NCBI GenBank assembly: GCA_050331735.1
Contig: JBHJGN010000049.1
Span: 8,780-72,779, forward strand
Source of the DNA: Cyanophyceae cyanobacterium
GTDB taxonomy: Bacteria > Cyanobacteriota > Cyanobacteriia > Cyanobacteriales > JBHJGN01
Direction: 5' to 3'
DNA length: 64,000 nt
Each line of letters starts with the position of its first letter. Position 1 is the stretch's first letter. Both the position numbers and the translations under genes were made by a program. Positions 1 to 9,520 of this stretch are shown here, piece by piece. The notes beneath the pieces are model-generated. The model was not told the DNA's origin and did not search any database. It saw only the letters and a program-made list of their open reading frames with translations.

Positions 1-442
1 CTAGGAGGCTAGGAATCGATACCCCAAATGCCCCTGGATCGAAGGAGGCTGTTTGAGCACCACCAAAGGCAAAGTTGACGCTGTTAGCAGCCGTTAACCC
101 ATTGAAATCAAGATTAATTCCGGGAGGAACTAAGGTGATTGGACTATCGGGTAACTCTGTAACGGGGACAAGCTCAATGCCGAGATCCTGAGCGAGGAAA
201 TCTATCCAGACTAAACCGTTAGAAAAACGACCGTTTTGACCGTAGGGAGGAACCGGTGGTACGACCGGAATATCTAATCCTAAAGCTTCTGTAAATGGCT
301 GCACTGCCTGGGTAACGTTAAAAATGTTGCCTGTATCGGAAAGACTATCTCCAAAGACATACAGGCTATTCTGCGCTGAAGCTTTAACAGCTAGGGTAAA
401 AGGAAGGATGGTTAATCCCGTGGCGAGAAGCGATTTGAACAT
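1..442 (-). CDS. Secreted SGNH/GDSL hydrolase (N-terminal part; runs off the window start)
   Basis: Hand translation from ATG at 442: MFKSLLATGLTILPFTLAVKASAQNSLYVFGDSLSDTGN (signal peptide plus GDSL block I), then GRFSNG and VNFAFGGAQT motifs. Not in the ORF track because it is truncated. Confidence 0.85.
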   Translation of the reverse strand, partial: MFKSLLATGLTILPFTLAVKASAQNSLYVFGDSLSDTGNIFNVTQAVQPFTEALGLDIPVVPPVPPYGQNGRFSNGLVWIDFLAQDLGIELVPVTELPDSPITLVPPGINLDFNGLTAANSVNFAFGGAQTASFDPGAFGVSIPSLL

Positions 443-660
443 TGTTTTTCACTGACTAAGGCTGCCTGTCTTGATTTGTGGTTGATGAGTGTGCTTGAGT
501 TGCTCCGTCGAGTATTGTCGGCGCAATACTATAATTTAATCAGCCTACGGGATGAGGGGCACAAATACAATGCTCAGCCGGTCAAGGCGCTAGTTTTTGG
601 TTTCTTAAAATCCTTCTTAACTTCTTCTTCGCTTAATCAGGATTTTATCTTGCCCAAATT

Positions 661-1248
661 TTATTCAAGGCTAGAAACAATGTGCGGCTCCTGTATCTCA
701 GCGAGCTTTTCTCGATCCTGCCGCCGCTTCTTGGCATAAAGCTGAATCGATGCTGCCATCGCGACGACCAAAGCGACAATCAGCCAGGTTGTCAGATCTA
801 GGGGCAGGCTGTTTTTAAACACGGCTAGCAAAACAATGGCGACGAGCAGCACCGTTGGCGCTTCGTTGAGTGCTCTAAACTGCTGTCCGCTCCACCGACA
901 CTCATCTTTAGCAAGCTGCTTCATGAGTCGATGGCAGAAGTGGTGGTAGCCAATGAGAACGGCAACCAACGCTAGCTTAATGTGCAGCCAGCCTGATTTG
1001 AGGACTTCGGGTTCTGTGTAAATCAAGCCCGCCGCCATTGCGACCGTCAGCACCATTCCCGGCGTAGTAATAATACCGTAGAGGCGCTTCTCCATGAGCT
1101 GATATTGCTCTTTGAGAATTGTTTGAGCCGGTTCCGGCTTCTCTGACGCTTCTGCATGATAGACAAATAACCGCACTAAGTAGAACAACCCAGCAAACCA
1201 CACGACGATGCCGACTAAGTGAAATGCTTTAAACCAGTAATAAGCCAT
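661..1248 (-). CDS. hemJ: Protoporphyrinogen IX oxidase HemJ
   Basis: YYWFKAFHLVGIVVWFAGLFYLVRLFVYHAE, MEKRLY and FRALNEAPT motifs; multi-TM membrane protein. Confidence 0.93.
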   Translation of the reverse strand: MAYYWFKAFHLVGIVVWFAGLFYLVRLFVYHAEASEKPEPAQTILKEQYQLMEKRLYGIITTPGMVLTVAMAAGLIYTEPEVLKSGWLHIKLALVAVLIGYHHFCHRLMKQLAKDECRWSGQQFRALNEAPTVLLVAIVLLAVFKNSLPLDLTTWLIVALVVAMAASIQLYAKKRRQDREKLAEIQEPHIVSSLE

Positions 1249-1399
1249 TCGATTAATGATTTTGACGCTCCACCGCTAGTTTAGGACTTTCTTAACTGAA
1301 GAGCCTGAACCCTCAATATTATTTTAGAAAAGTATTGAGCGAAGCAGCCGTGAGGATGAGGCGTGGATCGCTTAGGAACGGCACTGTCTCGATCCTGTC

Positions 1400-2887
1400 T
1401 TAGGTTTGTTGACGCTTCAAGGCGTATCCAGCGCCAATTCCAAAGGCAATGAAGCCGACAACGGCAGTCGGCTCCGGCACAGATGTCCTCGTTAGTTGAA
1501 CGTTATCAACCAATAAGCCAGAATTGACCGCATCATCCTCAACATCCGTAACGCCAAGCCCAAGCTCATAAGTTCCTGACGCTGGGACGGTAAAAGAAAA
1601 AGTGCCATAGCCTGTTTCTGATTCAAAAGAAGATAGAGAACTCATAAATGGAGACGAGTAAGCGTCTGCTAGTTTTGAGAGGCTAGTAACGGAGACAAAG
1701 GCAAAATCGTTGAATACCTGTTCGGGCACCTGTTCATCGGTGAGAAAATTAAAGTCAAACGTCAGGATATCTCCCGCCTGGGCTGTAAACTCTTGCAAAA
1801 TGGCAGACCCTTCAATCGCCTCACCATTTCCTAATTCTCTCAAGCCGTTGGCTGCTAAACCGAGAAAAGCTTCTAATGATGAAGCCGGAACGGCATTTTG
1901 CCCCGTTGTCAATAAAGCCTGATACAGTCCTTCTGTCCCTTGGCTGTTGCTGAAGAGGAAGTTCTCAATGCTGGTTTGACCGAGGGTGTTCCAGCCAGTA
2001 AAATCGCCCGTTTCAAACCCGCTATTCACCAAGAATGAATTGGACGTGGGCAAAGGAGAAATAGTCTCTAGGGAAAGCCTATAAAAACCAGACTCGCTGT
2101 CATTGCCCACAAAGTTAGCGTCATCCAGACCAGTCACGGCAACATTAAGCGAGCCATCGTCAGGGATAATGCCACGGACGATTCCCGTCCCATTGTCGGT
2201 TGTGAGCAGGCTACCATCCTCCGCAAATACCCCTAATAACGCATCAAACCCGGCTGGACTAATTTCTGCAGTAAAACCCTGGCTCGCTTCGCCAGCGGCA
2301 AACTCGAAAAAGTCTACATCTCCCCCCGAGAAGGTATTCGTTCCCAGGGTAATAAACAGCTCATAGTCTCCTGTTTGCAAATGATTGCCGTCGAAGTCAA
2401 AGTCGTCGAAGCCAGTGACTCCTAAATTAATCGTGCCATCTGCATTGACAGACCCCCCCAAGGCTGAGGCAAAGCCCCCGAATGGACTATCGTCGTCATC
2501 CGCGTTAATGAGCGTGTTCGTTTCATCAAAAGAGCCAAGAATAGTATCTACACCACTCGCCGTATTGTCGATTAAGGCAAAAAAGGAAGTAGATGGGGCT
2601 AATCCAGATACGGAGAAAAAGTCCACCTCTTCAGATGTTAGGCGCTCTGAAAAATTAAAATCAGCGTCGATTTCTGGGCGAAGTTCTCCCCTGACACTCG
2701 TAATCTCGGACGGCAAAAAGTCGCGATCGCTAAAGGCATCGTTAGGTTCAGATTCGGTCACTTGAGCTTGCTCCAAGCAGCAGCCGGAGATTTCTCCGGC
2801 TGAACCTTGAGCTTGTGCTGAACCTGCTGTGAGTAAACCTAATAGAAGGGGGCCAACAACTAAGCTGGAGTTGTGCTTGAAAGTCAT
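1400..2887 (-). CDS. Secreted acidic PEP-CTERM protein with repeated DVDFF/ESEPND (pre-peptidase-C-like) segments
   Basis: Start moved to ATG 2887 (MTFKHNSSLVVGPLLLGLLTAGSAQAQ, signal peptide). C-terminal VPEPTAVVGFIAFGIGAGYALKRQQT is PEP + TM + basic tail. Confidence 0.8.
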   Translation of the reverse strand: MTFKHNSSLVVGPLLLGLLTAGSAQAQGSAGEISGCCLEQAQVTESEPNDAFSDRDFLPSEITSVRGELRPEIDADFNFSERLTSEEVDFFSVSGLAPSTSFFALIDNTASGVDTILGSFDETNTLINADDDDSPFGGFASALGGSVNADGTINLGVTGFDDFDFDGNHLQTGDYELFITLGTNTFSGGDVDFFEFAAGEASQGFTAEISPAGFDALLGVFAEDGSLLTTDNGTGIVRGIIPDDGSLNVAVTGLDDANFVGNDSESGFYRLSLETISPLPTSNSFLVNSGFETGDFTGWNTLGQTSIENFLFSNSQGTEGLYQALLTTGQNAVPASSLEAFLGLAANGLRELGNGEAIEGSAILQEFTAQAGDILTFDFNFLTDEQVPEQVFNDFAFVSVTSLSKLADAYSSPFMSSLSSFESETGYGTFSFTVPASGTYELGLGVTDVEDDAVNSGLLVDNVQLTRTSVPEPTAVVGFIAFGIGAGYALKRQQT

Positions 2888-3480
2888 CGGAGTTTCGCCT
2901 CTTTGATGAGAAATTGAAAAAATTATATATTTTGCGGCAAATTGCATCAATATGGCAATTTGGTGGCAATCATAGATTCTCTTAAGAAGCACGATTAAAT
3001 CAACATCTCTGTGCCTTAAAAGGTCATCACTATAGTCATAATGAACCGAAAAAGTTGCCGTAGCTTTAAAAGTCATTATCCAAGTCACAAGAATAGAAAA
3101 ACATGAGCTTACCTAAAACAAATCGAATTATTAAAGCGGCATAGTTGTTCAAAAAATGTAGTAAAAAACACAAAATTAATCTTTTAAAACTTTATGTCTT
3201 TATTTGGACGTGAATGACAAAATTTTTGAGTTAAACGGTGACAAATATGAGCTTAGAAGGACAGTGTAGGCAGCCGAAACTTACTGCCACATTGAGCTTG
3301 CACCAGGTGATTCTTTGACGGTTGAGCGCCTGCCCTCCTGCCAAACTGACTAGCCTCCTTCAACTGAACTAAGTCCACAAGCATATCATGAGCAATGTGG
3401 ATTCATTACGCCTCTTTCATTTGCACTCCTATCAGCAATAAGATGAGTAATAAATTAATGCTGGGGAAGAGAGTTATCTA

Positions 3481-4917
3481 ATGAGCTTTTTTGAGAAATT
3501 GACTAAGGCGATCGCCCGCAACCAAAGCCTACTCGTTGTTGGTCTCGACCCCAACCCAGAAATGCTGCCCCAGCGGTACGGTGCCAACGAAAACGACAGG
3601 CTCGCGTGTTTGCAAGACTGGCTCTACTCTGTCATTACCCAGACAGGCGATCGCGTGTGTGCCTACAAGCCCACGCTGGGGTTTTATCAAGCCCTGGGTA
3701 CACCGGGTTTAGAGCTGCTGTCGGCAGTGCTACAGCTCATCCCCGCAGCAGTTCCGGTGATTCTCGATGCCAAGCATGGCGACCTCAACACCAGTACCGC
3801 CTTTGCTCAAACCGCCTTTGAACAGTGGCAGGTCGATGCAATTACCCTCAGCCCCTACAGCGGGCAAGACTGTGTCGCGCCCTTCTTGGTGTACTCGACC
3901 AAGGGAGTATTTATTCTCTGCCGTACCTCCAACCCCGGTGCTGTTGCGCTTCAGGAATATCCCAGTCCCGATGCTCCTTTTTATCTCCAGGTGGTGGAAA
4001 CCGCGAAAACCTGGGGAACGCCCGAGCAGCTTTATTTAGAAGTCGGCACGACCAACGTTGAGATATTGACGAAAATTCGGGCGGCGGCGCCCGAACGAAC
4101 GCTCCTCCTGCGCAGTATCTGGAAAGAGGAGGGCCATTTCCCCCAAATTTTAGCAGCCGGACTCAATCGTAGCGGCGAGGGGTTGCTCGTGCCAGTTCCT
4201 CAAGATTGGCTCGGACAAGAGCAGCTAGCTGCTAACGTCGCTTCTCTGAACGCCACCGTTAATCGAATTAAAAACGAGGTCAAACAGCAAGACTCTAGCT
4301 GCGACCTCTGGATGCCGAATATCTGCTTGCTCAATCGCCATCCCCAACAAGATCTGATTTTACAGCTTTACGACATTGGCTGTATTCTCTTCGGCGAATA
4401 CGTTCAGGCTTCTGGAGCCACATTTTCGTACTACATTGACCTGCGCAAAATTATCTCGAAGCCGCAAATCTTTCATCAGGTACTCAAAGCGTACGCTAAA
4501 ATTCTCCAGGAGCTATCCTTCGACCGCATTGCCGGCATTCCCTACGGTTCTCTCCCCACGGCCACTGGACTGTCTTTAAACCTCAACCACCCGATGATTT
4601 TTCCCCGGAAAGAAGTAAAAGCTCATGGCACTCGCCGCCTGATTGAGGGCCACTTTGAACCGGGAGAAAAAGTTGTTGTTGTAGACGATATTCTCATCTC
4701 TGGCAGTAGCGCCATGGAAGGAGCAGCCAAGCTGCAATCGGCTGGACTAAAAGTGGAAGACATCGTTGTGTTTCTTGACCACGAGGGGGGCGTCATGGAC
4801 AGGCTGCGGGCCAATGGCTATCGCGGACATTCTGTTCTCTCTATATCAGAGGTAACAGATACGCTCCACGCCGCAGGACGCATCGATGATGAGCAGCTAC
4901 AGCGCCTTCAGAATTAA
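3481..4917 (+). CDS. pyrFE: Bifunctional OMP decarboxylase / orotate phosphoribosyltransferase
   Basis: N-terminal VGLDP, YKP and ILDAKHGD (DxKxxD) OMPDC motifs; C-terminal YYIDLR, RKEVKAHG and VVVVDDILISG PRPP-binding motif. Confidence 0.9.
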   Translation: MSFFEKLTKAIARNQSLLVVGLDPNPEMLPQRYGANENDRLACLQDWLYSVITQTGDRVCAYKPTLGFYQALGTPGLELLSAVLQLIPAAVPVILDAKHGDLNTSTAFAQTAFEQWQVDAITLSPYSGQDCVAPFLVYSTKGVFILCRTSNPGAVALQEYPSPDAPFYLQVVETAKTWGTPEQLYLEVGTTNVEILTKIRAAAPERTLLLRSIWKEEGHFPQILAAGLNRSGEGLLVPVPQDWLGQEQLAANVASLNATVNRIKNEVKQQDSSCDLWMPNICLLNRHPQQDLILQLYDIGCILFGEYVQASGATFSYYIDLRKIISKPQIFHQVLKAYAKILQELSFDRIAGIPYGSLPTATGLSLNLNHPMIFPRKEVKAHGTRRLIEGHFEPGEKVVVVDDILISGSSAMEGAAKLQSAGLKVEDIVVFLDHEGGVMDRLRANGYRGHSVLSISEVTDTLHAAGRIDDEQLQRLQN

Positions 4918-5025
4918 TAGCCTCACCAGGCTAGCAACCAGTTACCAAGATTTGTCAACAAGATTAAATGTTCAGCTCCAGCTCGAGCGTTCTACTGGTA
5001 CCTGCTCGCCGAGCGCTGAAAACTG

Positions 5026-5781
5026 TTAAATTCCCGCTCCATCAAAAAACTCTCTAAACTCTTTATCTTTAAGATGGCAACAGTCGCCCGTTGAGTCGGC
5101 ATCAGCACTGACAGTTGCTAAAGACTGCTCTCCTAGATGAGGCTGTGGCGATTGCTGTAGTTCCTGCATCTGCTCTTCTAGGGATTCGATGCGGTCAACT
5201 AAGGCACGGATTACCGTTGCTTCTGAATCCGGTAGGTTCCCATGTTCGAGAGGATTAACCCGGACACCAGAACGGTAAATAACGCGACCAGGAACGCCAA
5301 CCACGGTGCAGTCTGAAGGCACATCTCGCAGCACGACTGAGCCAGCACCAATGCGAACATTATTGCCAATGTAGAGATTCCCCAGCACTTTGGCCCCGCT
5401 GCCGACAACCACGTTTTCCCCAAGCGTCGGGTGTCTCTTCCCGCTTTCTTTACCGGTTCCGCCGAGGGTAACGCCTTGATAAATAAGAGCGTAGTCGCCA
5501 ATGATGGCCGTTTCTCCCACCACAACCCCCATACCGTGGTCGATAAAGACTCCCTTGCCAATTTGCGCTCCTGGATGAATTTCTACTCCCGTGAGGAAGC
5601 GGGCCAAATGGGAAATGAAGCGGGGAACGAAGGGCATGCCCAGTTTGTATAGCCAATGAGAGAGCCGATGAAACAGGAGGGCCTGCAAGCCGGGGTAGCA
5701 GAACAGAACTTCGAGCCAGTTACGAGCAGCCGGGTCGCGTTCGAAGATTATTTGGAAATCTGCGAGCAGTAAAGAGAGCAC
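5026..5781 (-). CDS. cysE: Serine O-acetyltransferase
   Basis: ERDPAARN, TGVEIHPGA, FIDHGMGVVVGET and GGTGKESGKRHPTLG hexapeptide-repeat motifs. Confidence 0.95.
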   Translation of the reverse strand: MLSLLLADFQIIFERDPAARNWLEVLFCYPGLQALLFHRLSHWLYKLGMPFVPRFISHLARFLTGVEIHPGAQIGKGVFIDHGMGVVVGETAIIGDYALIYQGVTLGGTGKESGKRHPTLGENVVVGSGAKVLGNLYIGNNVRIGAGSVVLRDVPSDCTVVGVPGRVIYRSGVRVNPLEHGNLPDSEATVIRALVDRIESLEEQMQELQQSPQPHLGEQSLATVSADADSTGDCCHLKDKEFREFFDGAGI

Positions 5782-5871
5782 GGGGAAATTCTTGAGTTTT
5801 TCTCATTCATCACTGTCTATCTTATCGTTCAATCGGCCTTCTGAAACTAGATCTAATGGGGGAAACCCAAA

Positions 5872-6327
5872 CTACTGCACGGATAGCCGGTAGGTCCAGT
5901 AGCGCCTGGGTTCCATAGAGCCGACCCAAATTTTGTAAGTTCCGGCTTGCCAGTTTGGCTCGGTAATGCGGGCATCTCCGCTGCTGCTAAATTCACAGCG
6001 AAAATTTTTGTTCGGCCCCTGAATGACGAGGGTGGTATCGTGACCGCCACTGTCTACCTGAAGACTAAGCCGGGGAAAATGGTTTTTCAGCGTCAAGATG
6101 TGGTCCGGGTCCGGATCTCCGTAGCCAATGCACGGACGCTCGTGGCGATCGCGGTTAGCTAGCGACGATAGCGAATAGGCTCCGCCTGTATGCCCACTGA
6201 CGACGGCGCTGGCTTGGTCAAATCCCAGAGCGAGGGTTAACTGCCCGAAGCGAGCGCTTTGGGCGAGCGCTGGAGCTCCCCTGGGAAAAGCGGCCACGAG
6301 CATCATCAGACAACCAATCCATCGCAT
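5872..6327 (-). CDS. Small secreted hypothetical protein (PPC-like beta domain)
   Basis: Likely start MRWIGCLMMLVAAF (ATG 6327) with signal peptide; CIGY..PDH, DTTLVIQGP and GTYKIWVGS motifs. Confidence 0.65.
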   Translation of the reverse strand: MRWIGCLMMLVAAFPRGAPALAQSARFGQLTLALGFDQASAVVSGHTGGAYSLSSLANRDRHERPCIGYGDPDPDHILTLKNHFPRLSLQVDSGGHDTTLVIQGPNKNFRCEFSSSGDARITEPNWQAGTYKIWVGSMEPRRYWTYRLSVQ

Positions 6328-6436
6328 TTGCCGGCCCTCCCGTTTGTTCAAGTTCTGCTTGGCGACGCTGCACTGAAGGCGTTGTCTACTAGTTTACAAA
6401 ACCACCTCTCCAACCGACTAGTCCTGTTTTGGCCAT

Positions 6437-6470
6437 AAAAATCCCCCTGCTTACCGGAGAAGCTGGGGGA
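6437..6470 (-). terminator. Rho-independent terminator downstream of the porin gene
   Basis: TCCCCC-TGCTT...AAGCT-GGGGGA imperfect stem next to an A-run (U-tract on the minus strand), 34 nt past the porin stop. Confidence 0.65.
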
Positions 6471-6503
6471 GAAAATTAAGCTGATGCCAAGACTATTTTC
6501 AGC

Positions 6504-8282
6504 TTAGAAATCGAAGGTGCCGCGAATTACGCCGACTAAGATAGGCGCGTTATCCGAGTTTTGATTCGGGTTAACGATGACGTAAGCACCCGGAGTAATC
6601 GTGATGTTGTCGTTGAGCGGGAAGCGGAACTGACCCTCAAAGAAAAGAGGCACCGAGTCAAAATCGCCTAACTCGTCAAAATCTTCGTTCCCCAGATCGT
6701 CACTAAGATCGACATCAGCATCATCAACATCCAGATTGTACGGCGGAATACCGGCAATCAAACCCAAAACAGTTCCCTCTCTAAAGAGATCTAGAAAAGC
6801 AACGTTCACGGCAGCGGTGAGGATATTAGCATCCTCGTAATCAATATCCTCAAAGTTATTTTCAACGCTATCGCTGGACTCGACGTTTGCAAAAGCAAAG
6901 CCAAACCAGCCAGCAAGGTTGATGCGCTCGCCAAGCTGGAAGCTAGCCTGAGCGCCAAGACGATGCGCTCTTGTTCCGGTACTGCCGAAGGGGGCATTCG
7001 CGAGGGCAGAACTGGTGGAACCAGCGAGGTTAACATCAGCACCAGGCTGATAGGTGTAGGCATAGGTAAGAGCCGCTGCTAGCCTGTCGTTCGGCTCAAA
7101 ATTGATCTGTGCGGCAGCCGCAAAGTCACCGTTGAAGAGACCTTCTTCTTCAACGGGCTCATTGCCACCATCAACCAAGTAAGCAATATCAAGACTGAGG
7201 GCCTCGCTGAAGGCGAAATTGACTCCTAAACCTTGGTCAGTACTGAGTCGATAAACAAGCGGGTTACGACGAGCGAAGCGGCTGAGAGCACCGTTTCCAC
7301 TACTTTCAAAGTAGGGGTTGACAACGGAAGCAACCAGGTCGTCTAAATCGATGTCTTCGACCCCAACTATTACTCTAAATCGGTCTCCAATAGGAGTTTC
7401 GTAGAACGATTCCTGGAGGTTAACGTCGTTGTCTGTGGCTTCTTCAAAGCCAAGGCGAGTGGCATCGGAGCCAGTCACTTCGTCGAATTCAGGATTGTTA
7501 CCAGCCTCTAGGCGAAGTCTTAAGCGATCTTCCCCGGTAAAGCTAGCCTCAAAGTTGAGGCGGACGCGATCGCTGAGAGTGGTAATGCTATCGATGTCGT
7601 CTAGGTCATCGGCGTCGTCCGGAACCAAACTGACTTCACCAAGCTCGTTAAACTCTAGGTCAATCGGCTGGTCTTCTCCGTCAATTGGAAACGGCGTGGC
7701 GATAGCGAAAATGGCTTCCCCGTCCAGTTTGGTTGTTGTCGAGAACTGGTTATCCTCTAAAAAAGCAACGCGACCTTCTAAATTGTCTACCCGCGCTCCA
7801 ATCGTTGCTAGTTCTGCTTCAAACTCCTGCGCTAGCCGCTGCAAACGCTCGAGATCCTCAGGGGCAAGCCCGGTGCCGCTAGAAGCGATCAACCGCTCAA
7901 TGGCGTTTAAACAAGAGTTCAAGCCAGCAGCAAACTCGTAGCGAGTGAGCGCTCGGTTGCCGCGATAGGTTTGATCTGGATAACCTTCAATACAGCCGTA
8001 GCGCTCCACTAAACTGCGTAGCGCTTCAAAGGCCCAGTCTCCAGGAGAAACGTCCCGTAACTGCTCGACGCTGGTTACCTGGTCGGAACTAGAGTCTTCG
8101 CTGTAGCGGTCAATCTGCTCAAGCAAGTCTTCTTCTGTTTCTGCTGCTTGAGCAATCAGCGTTTCAGCAGTCTCCACTTCCTTTGGCCCTACAGGAGCTG
8201 CCGCTACGCTGCTTGCCATTAGCAGAGAAGCGCTAATCATTGCAGGAGAAGCTTTGCATACTTGCCAGAATAGCTTTGTCAT
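6504..8282 (-). CDS. Cyanobacterial outer-membrane porin (SLH domain + OprB-type barrel; SomA/iron-uptake porin family)
   Basis: Signal peptide, QVTSVEQLRDVSPGDWAFEALRSLVERYGCIEGYP SLH motif, coiled coil, QFSTTTKL, terminal Phe (GTFDF). Confidence 0.92.
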   Translation of the reverse strand: MTKLFWQVCKASPAMISASLLMASSVAAAPVGPKEVETAETLIAQAAETEEDLLEQIDRYSEDSSSDQVTSVEQLRDVSPGDWAFEALRSLVERYGCIEGYPDQTYRGNRALTRYEFAAGLNSCLNAIERLIASSGTGLAPEDLERLQRLAQEFEAELATIGARVDNLEGRVAFLEDNQFSTTTKLDGEAIFAIATPFPIDGEDQPIDLEFNELGEVSLVPDDADDLDDIDSITTLSDRVRLNFEASFTGEDRLRLRLEAGNNPEFDEVTGSDATRLGFEEATDNDVNLQESFYETPIGDRFRVIVGVEDIDLDDLVASVVNPYFESSGNGALSRFARRNPLVYRLSTDQGLGVNFAFSEALSLDIAYLVDGGNEPVEEEGLFNGDFAAAAQINFEPNDRLAAALTYAYTYQPGADVNLAGSTSSALANAPFGSTGTRAHRLGAQASFQLGERINLAGWFGFAFANVESSDSVENNFEDIDYEDANILTAAVNVAFLDLFREGTVLGLIAGIPPYNLDVDDADVDLSDDLGNEDFDELGDFDSVPLFFEGQFRFPLNDNITITPGAYVIVNPNQNSDNAPILVGVIRGTFDF

Positions 8283-8792
8283 CTGTAATCACCTCACACC
8301 TAAAGTGAACTATTTTTTGACACGAAAGCCTATTAATGTAAGACCTGCTATAGTTACTGCCTGAAATTTTGTGCTTTTAGCTACTAAGGAGTTTTAATCC
8401 CTATGATATTGCAAAATATTAGATTCGACAATAAAGAATTGCAAAGTCGTTGAGCTACGCTCAGCGATTGATGCGGCAGCAAAACCTAGCCAGTCAGACA
8501 TCAACCCCAGCAAATAGGGCTAAATGAACAAGTTCAGGCCTCTAATCCTACTAGATTTTGTTGACTGGAGCTGCCCTTCGAGAAGAAAATCATGTTTCAA
8601 CGAGCGGAGCAGCCCATATTACTAATATAAGTTTACAAGTTTATTGGCTATTAATGGTGAGGTAAGTATTCGGTTAAGTTTTACCGACAGCAGAAACGAA
8701 CCGAGACACAAGCAGGAGAAAGCTTCAGAGGCAGCTAACGCTTGTAGGCGTTATGCACTGGCCCCTCAACCTTCTTGGAGGTACACAGAAAA

Positions 8793-9461
8793 CTAGCCCC
8801 GTTGGCCTGTTACTATATAAGAGACGCGCTGGCCAATATTAGTGGCGTGATCCGCCATTCTCTCTAGATGACGAATGACCAGTCCTAACAGGAGAATGGG
8901 CTCGACCACTCCTTCAATATCGCGCTGGTAAGCAAGCGTATGGTAGACCTGATCGTGAATATCATCTACCGTGTCGTCCAAATCTTTCACTGTTTTTCCT
9001 GCTGTCGCATCTAAATCGGCAAGAGCCACCAAACTGGTGGCCAACATGAGTTGAGCGTGCAAAGACATGGCTTCGATATCTGCCATGCACGGTTGAGGCG
9101 GATAAGCAAACAGTTTAACCGCTAATTCGATGAGATCTTCTGCATAGTCCCCAATGCGCTCTAAATCCCGCACGAGCTGCATAGAAGCACTCAGAATCCG
9201 CAGCTCCTGAGCCACCGGAGCCTGTAGGGTCATAATCGTGACGCAGTTGAGTTCGATCTGGCGGTAATACTGGTCGATTTCATCATCGAGAGCAGTAATT
9301 TTGTCCGCCACCTCAAGATTACGAGCAAACAAGCATTGATGACTCAAGCGAAACGCTTCTTCAACGAGCGCTCCCATGCGGAGGACGTCTTGCTCTAAGC
9401 GTCTGATACTTCGCCGGAGGCGATCGCGTTCGGACCTGTCATTGTGAAAATAGAGGATCAC
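8793..9461 (-). CDS. phoU: Phosphate signalling regulator PhoU (SphU)
   Basis: QAPVAQELR, DLERIGDYA and HLERMADHATNIG repeats. Confidence 0.93.
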   Translation of the reverse strand: MILYFHNDRSERDRLRRSIRRLEQDVLRMGALVEEAFRLSHQCLFARNLEVADKITALDDEIDQYYRQIELNCVTIMTLQAPVAQELRILSASMQLVRDLERIGDYAEDLIELAVKLFAYPPQPCMADIEAMSLHAQLMLATSLVALADLDATAGKTVKDLDDTVDDIHDQVYHTLAYQRDIEGVVEPILLLGLVIRHLERMADHATNIGQRVSYIVTGQRG

Positions 9462-9520
9462 TGATAAAAGGCTCAGTTCAAACTAATTTAACTACAGTAA
9501 TAACAAAAAAAATTGTTAAT

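Noticed and set aside
604..640. CTTAA repeats as a Pho box upstream of the GDSL gene
   Set aside because: Spacing is 12 and 16 bp rather than 11, and they lie on the strand opposite the gene.
2888..3088. N-terminal extensions in the ORF track (also sphR, creatininase, tig, GT4, nusB, ftsY, PP2C)
   Set aside because: Longest-ORF artefacts; downstream ATGs give the signal peptide or family-typical N-terminus.
3158..3171. NtcA site (also a near match around 43759)
   Set aside because: Only GTA-N8-CAC or GTA-N8-AAC near matches in AT-rich DNA, with no supporting context.
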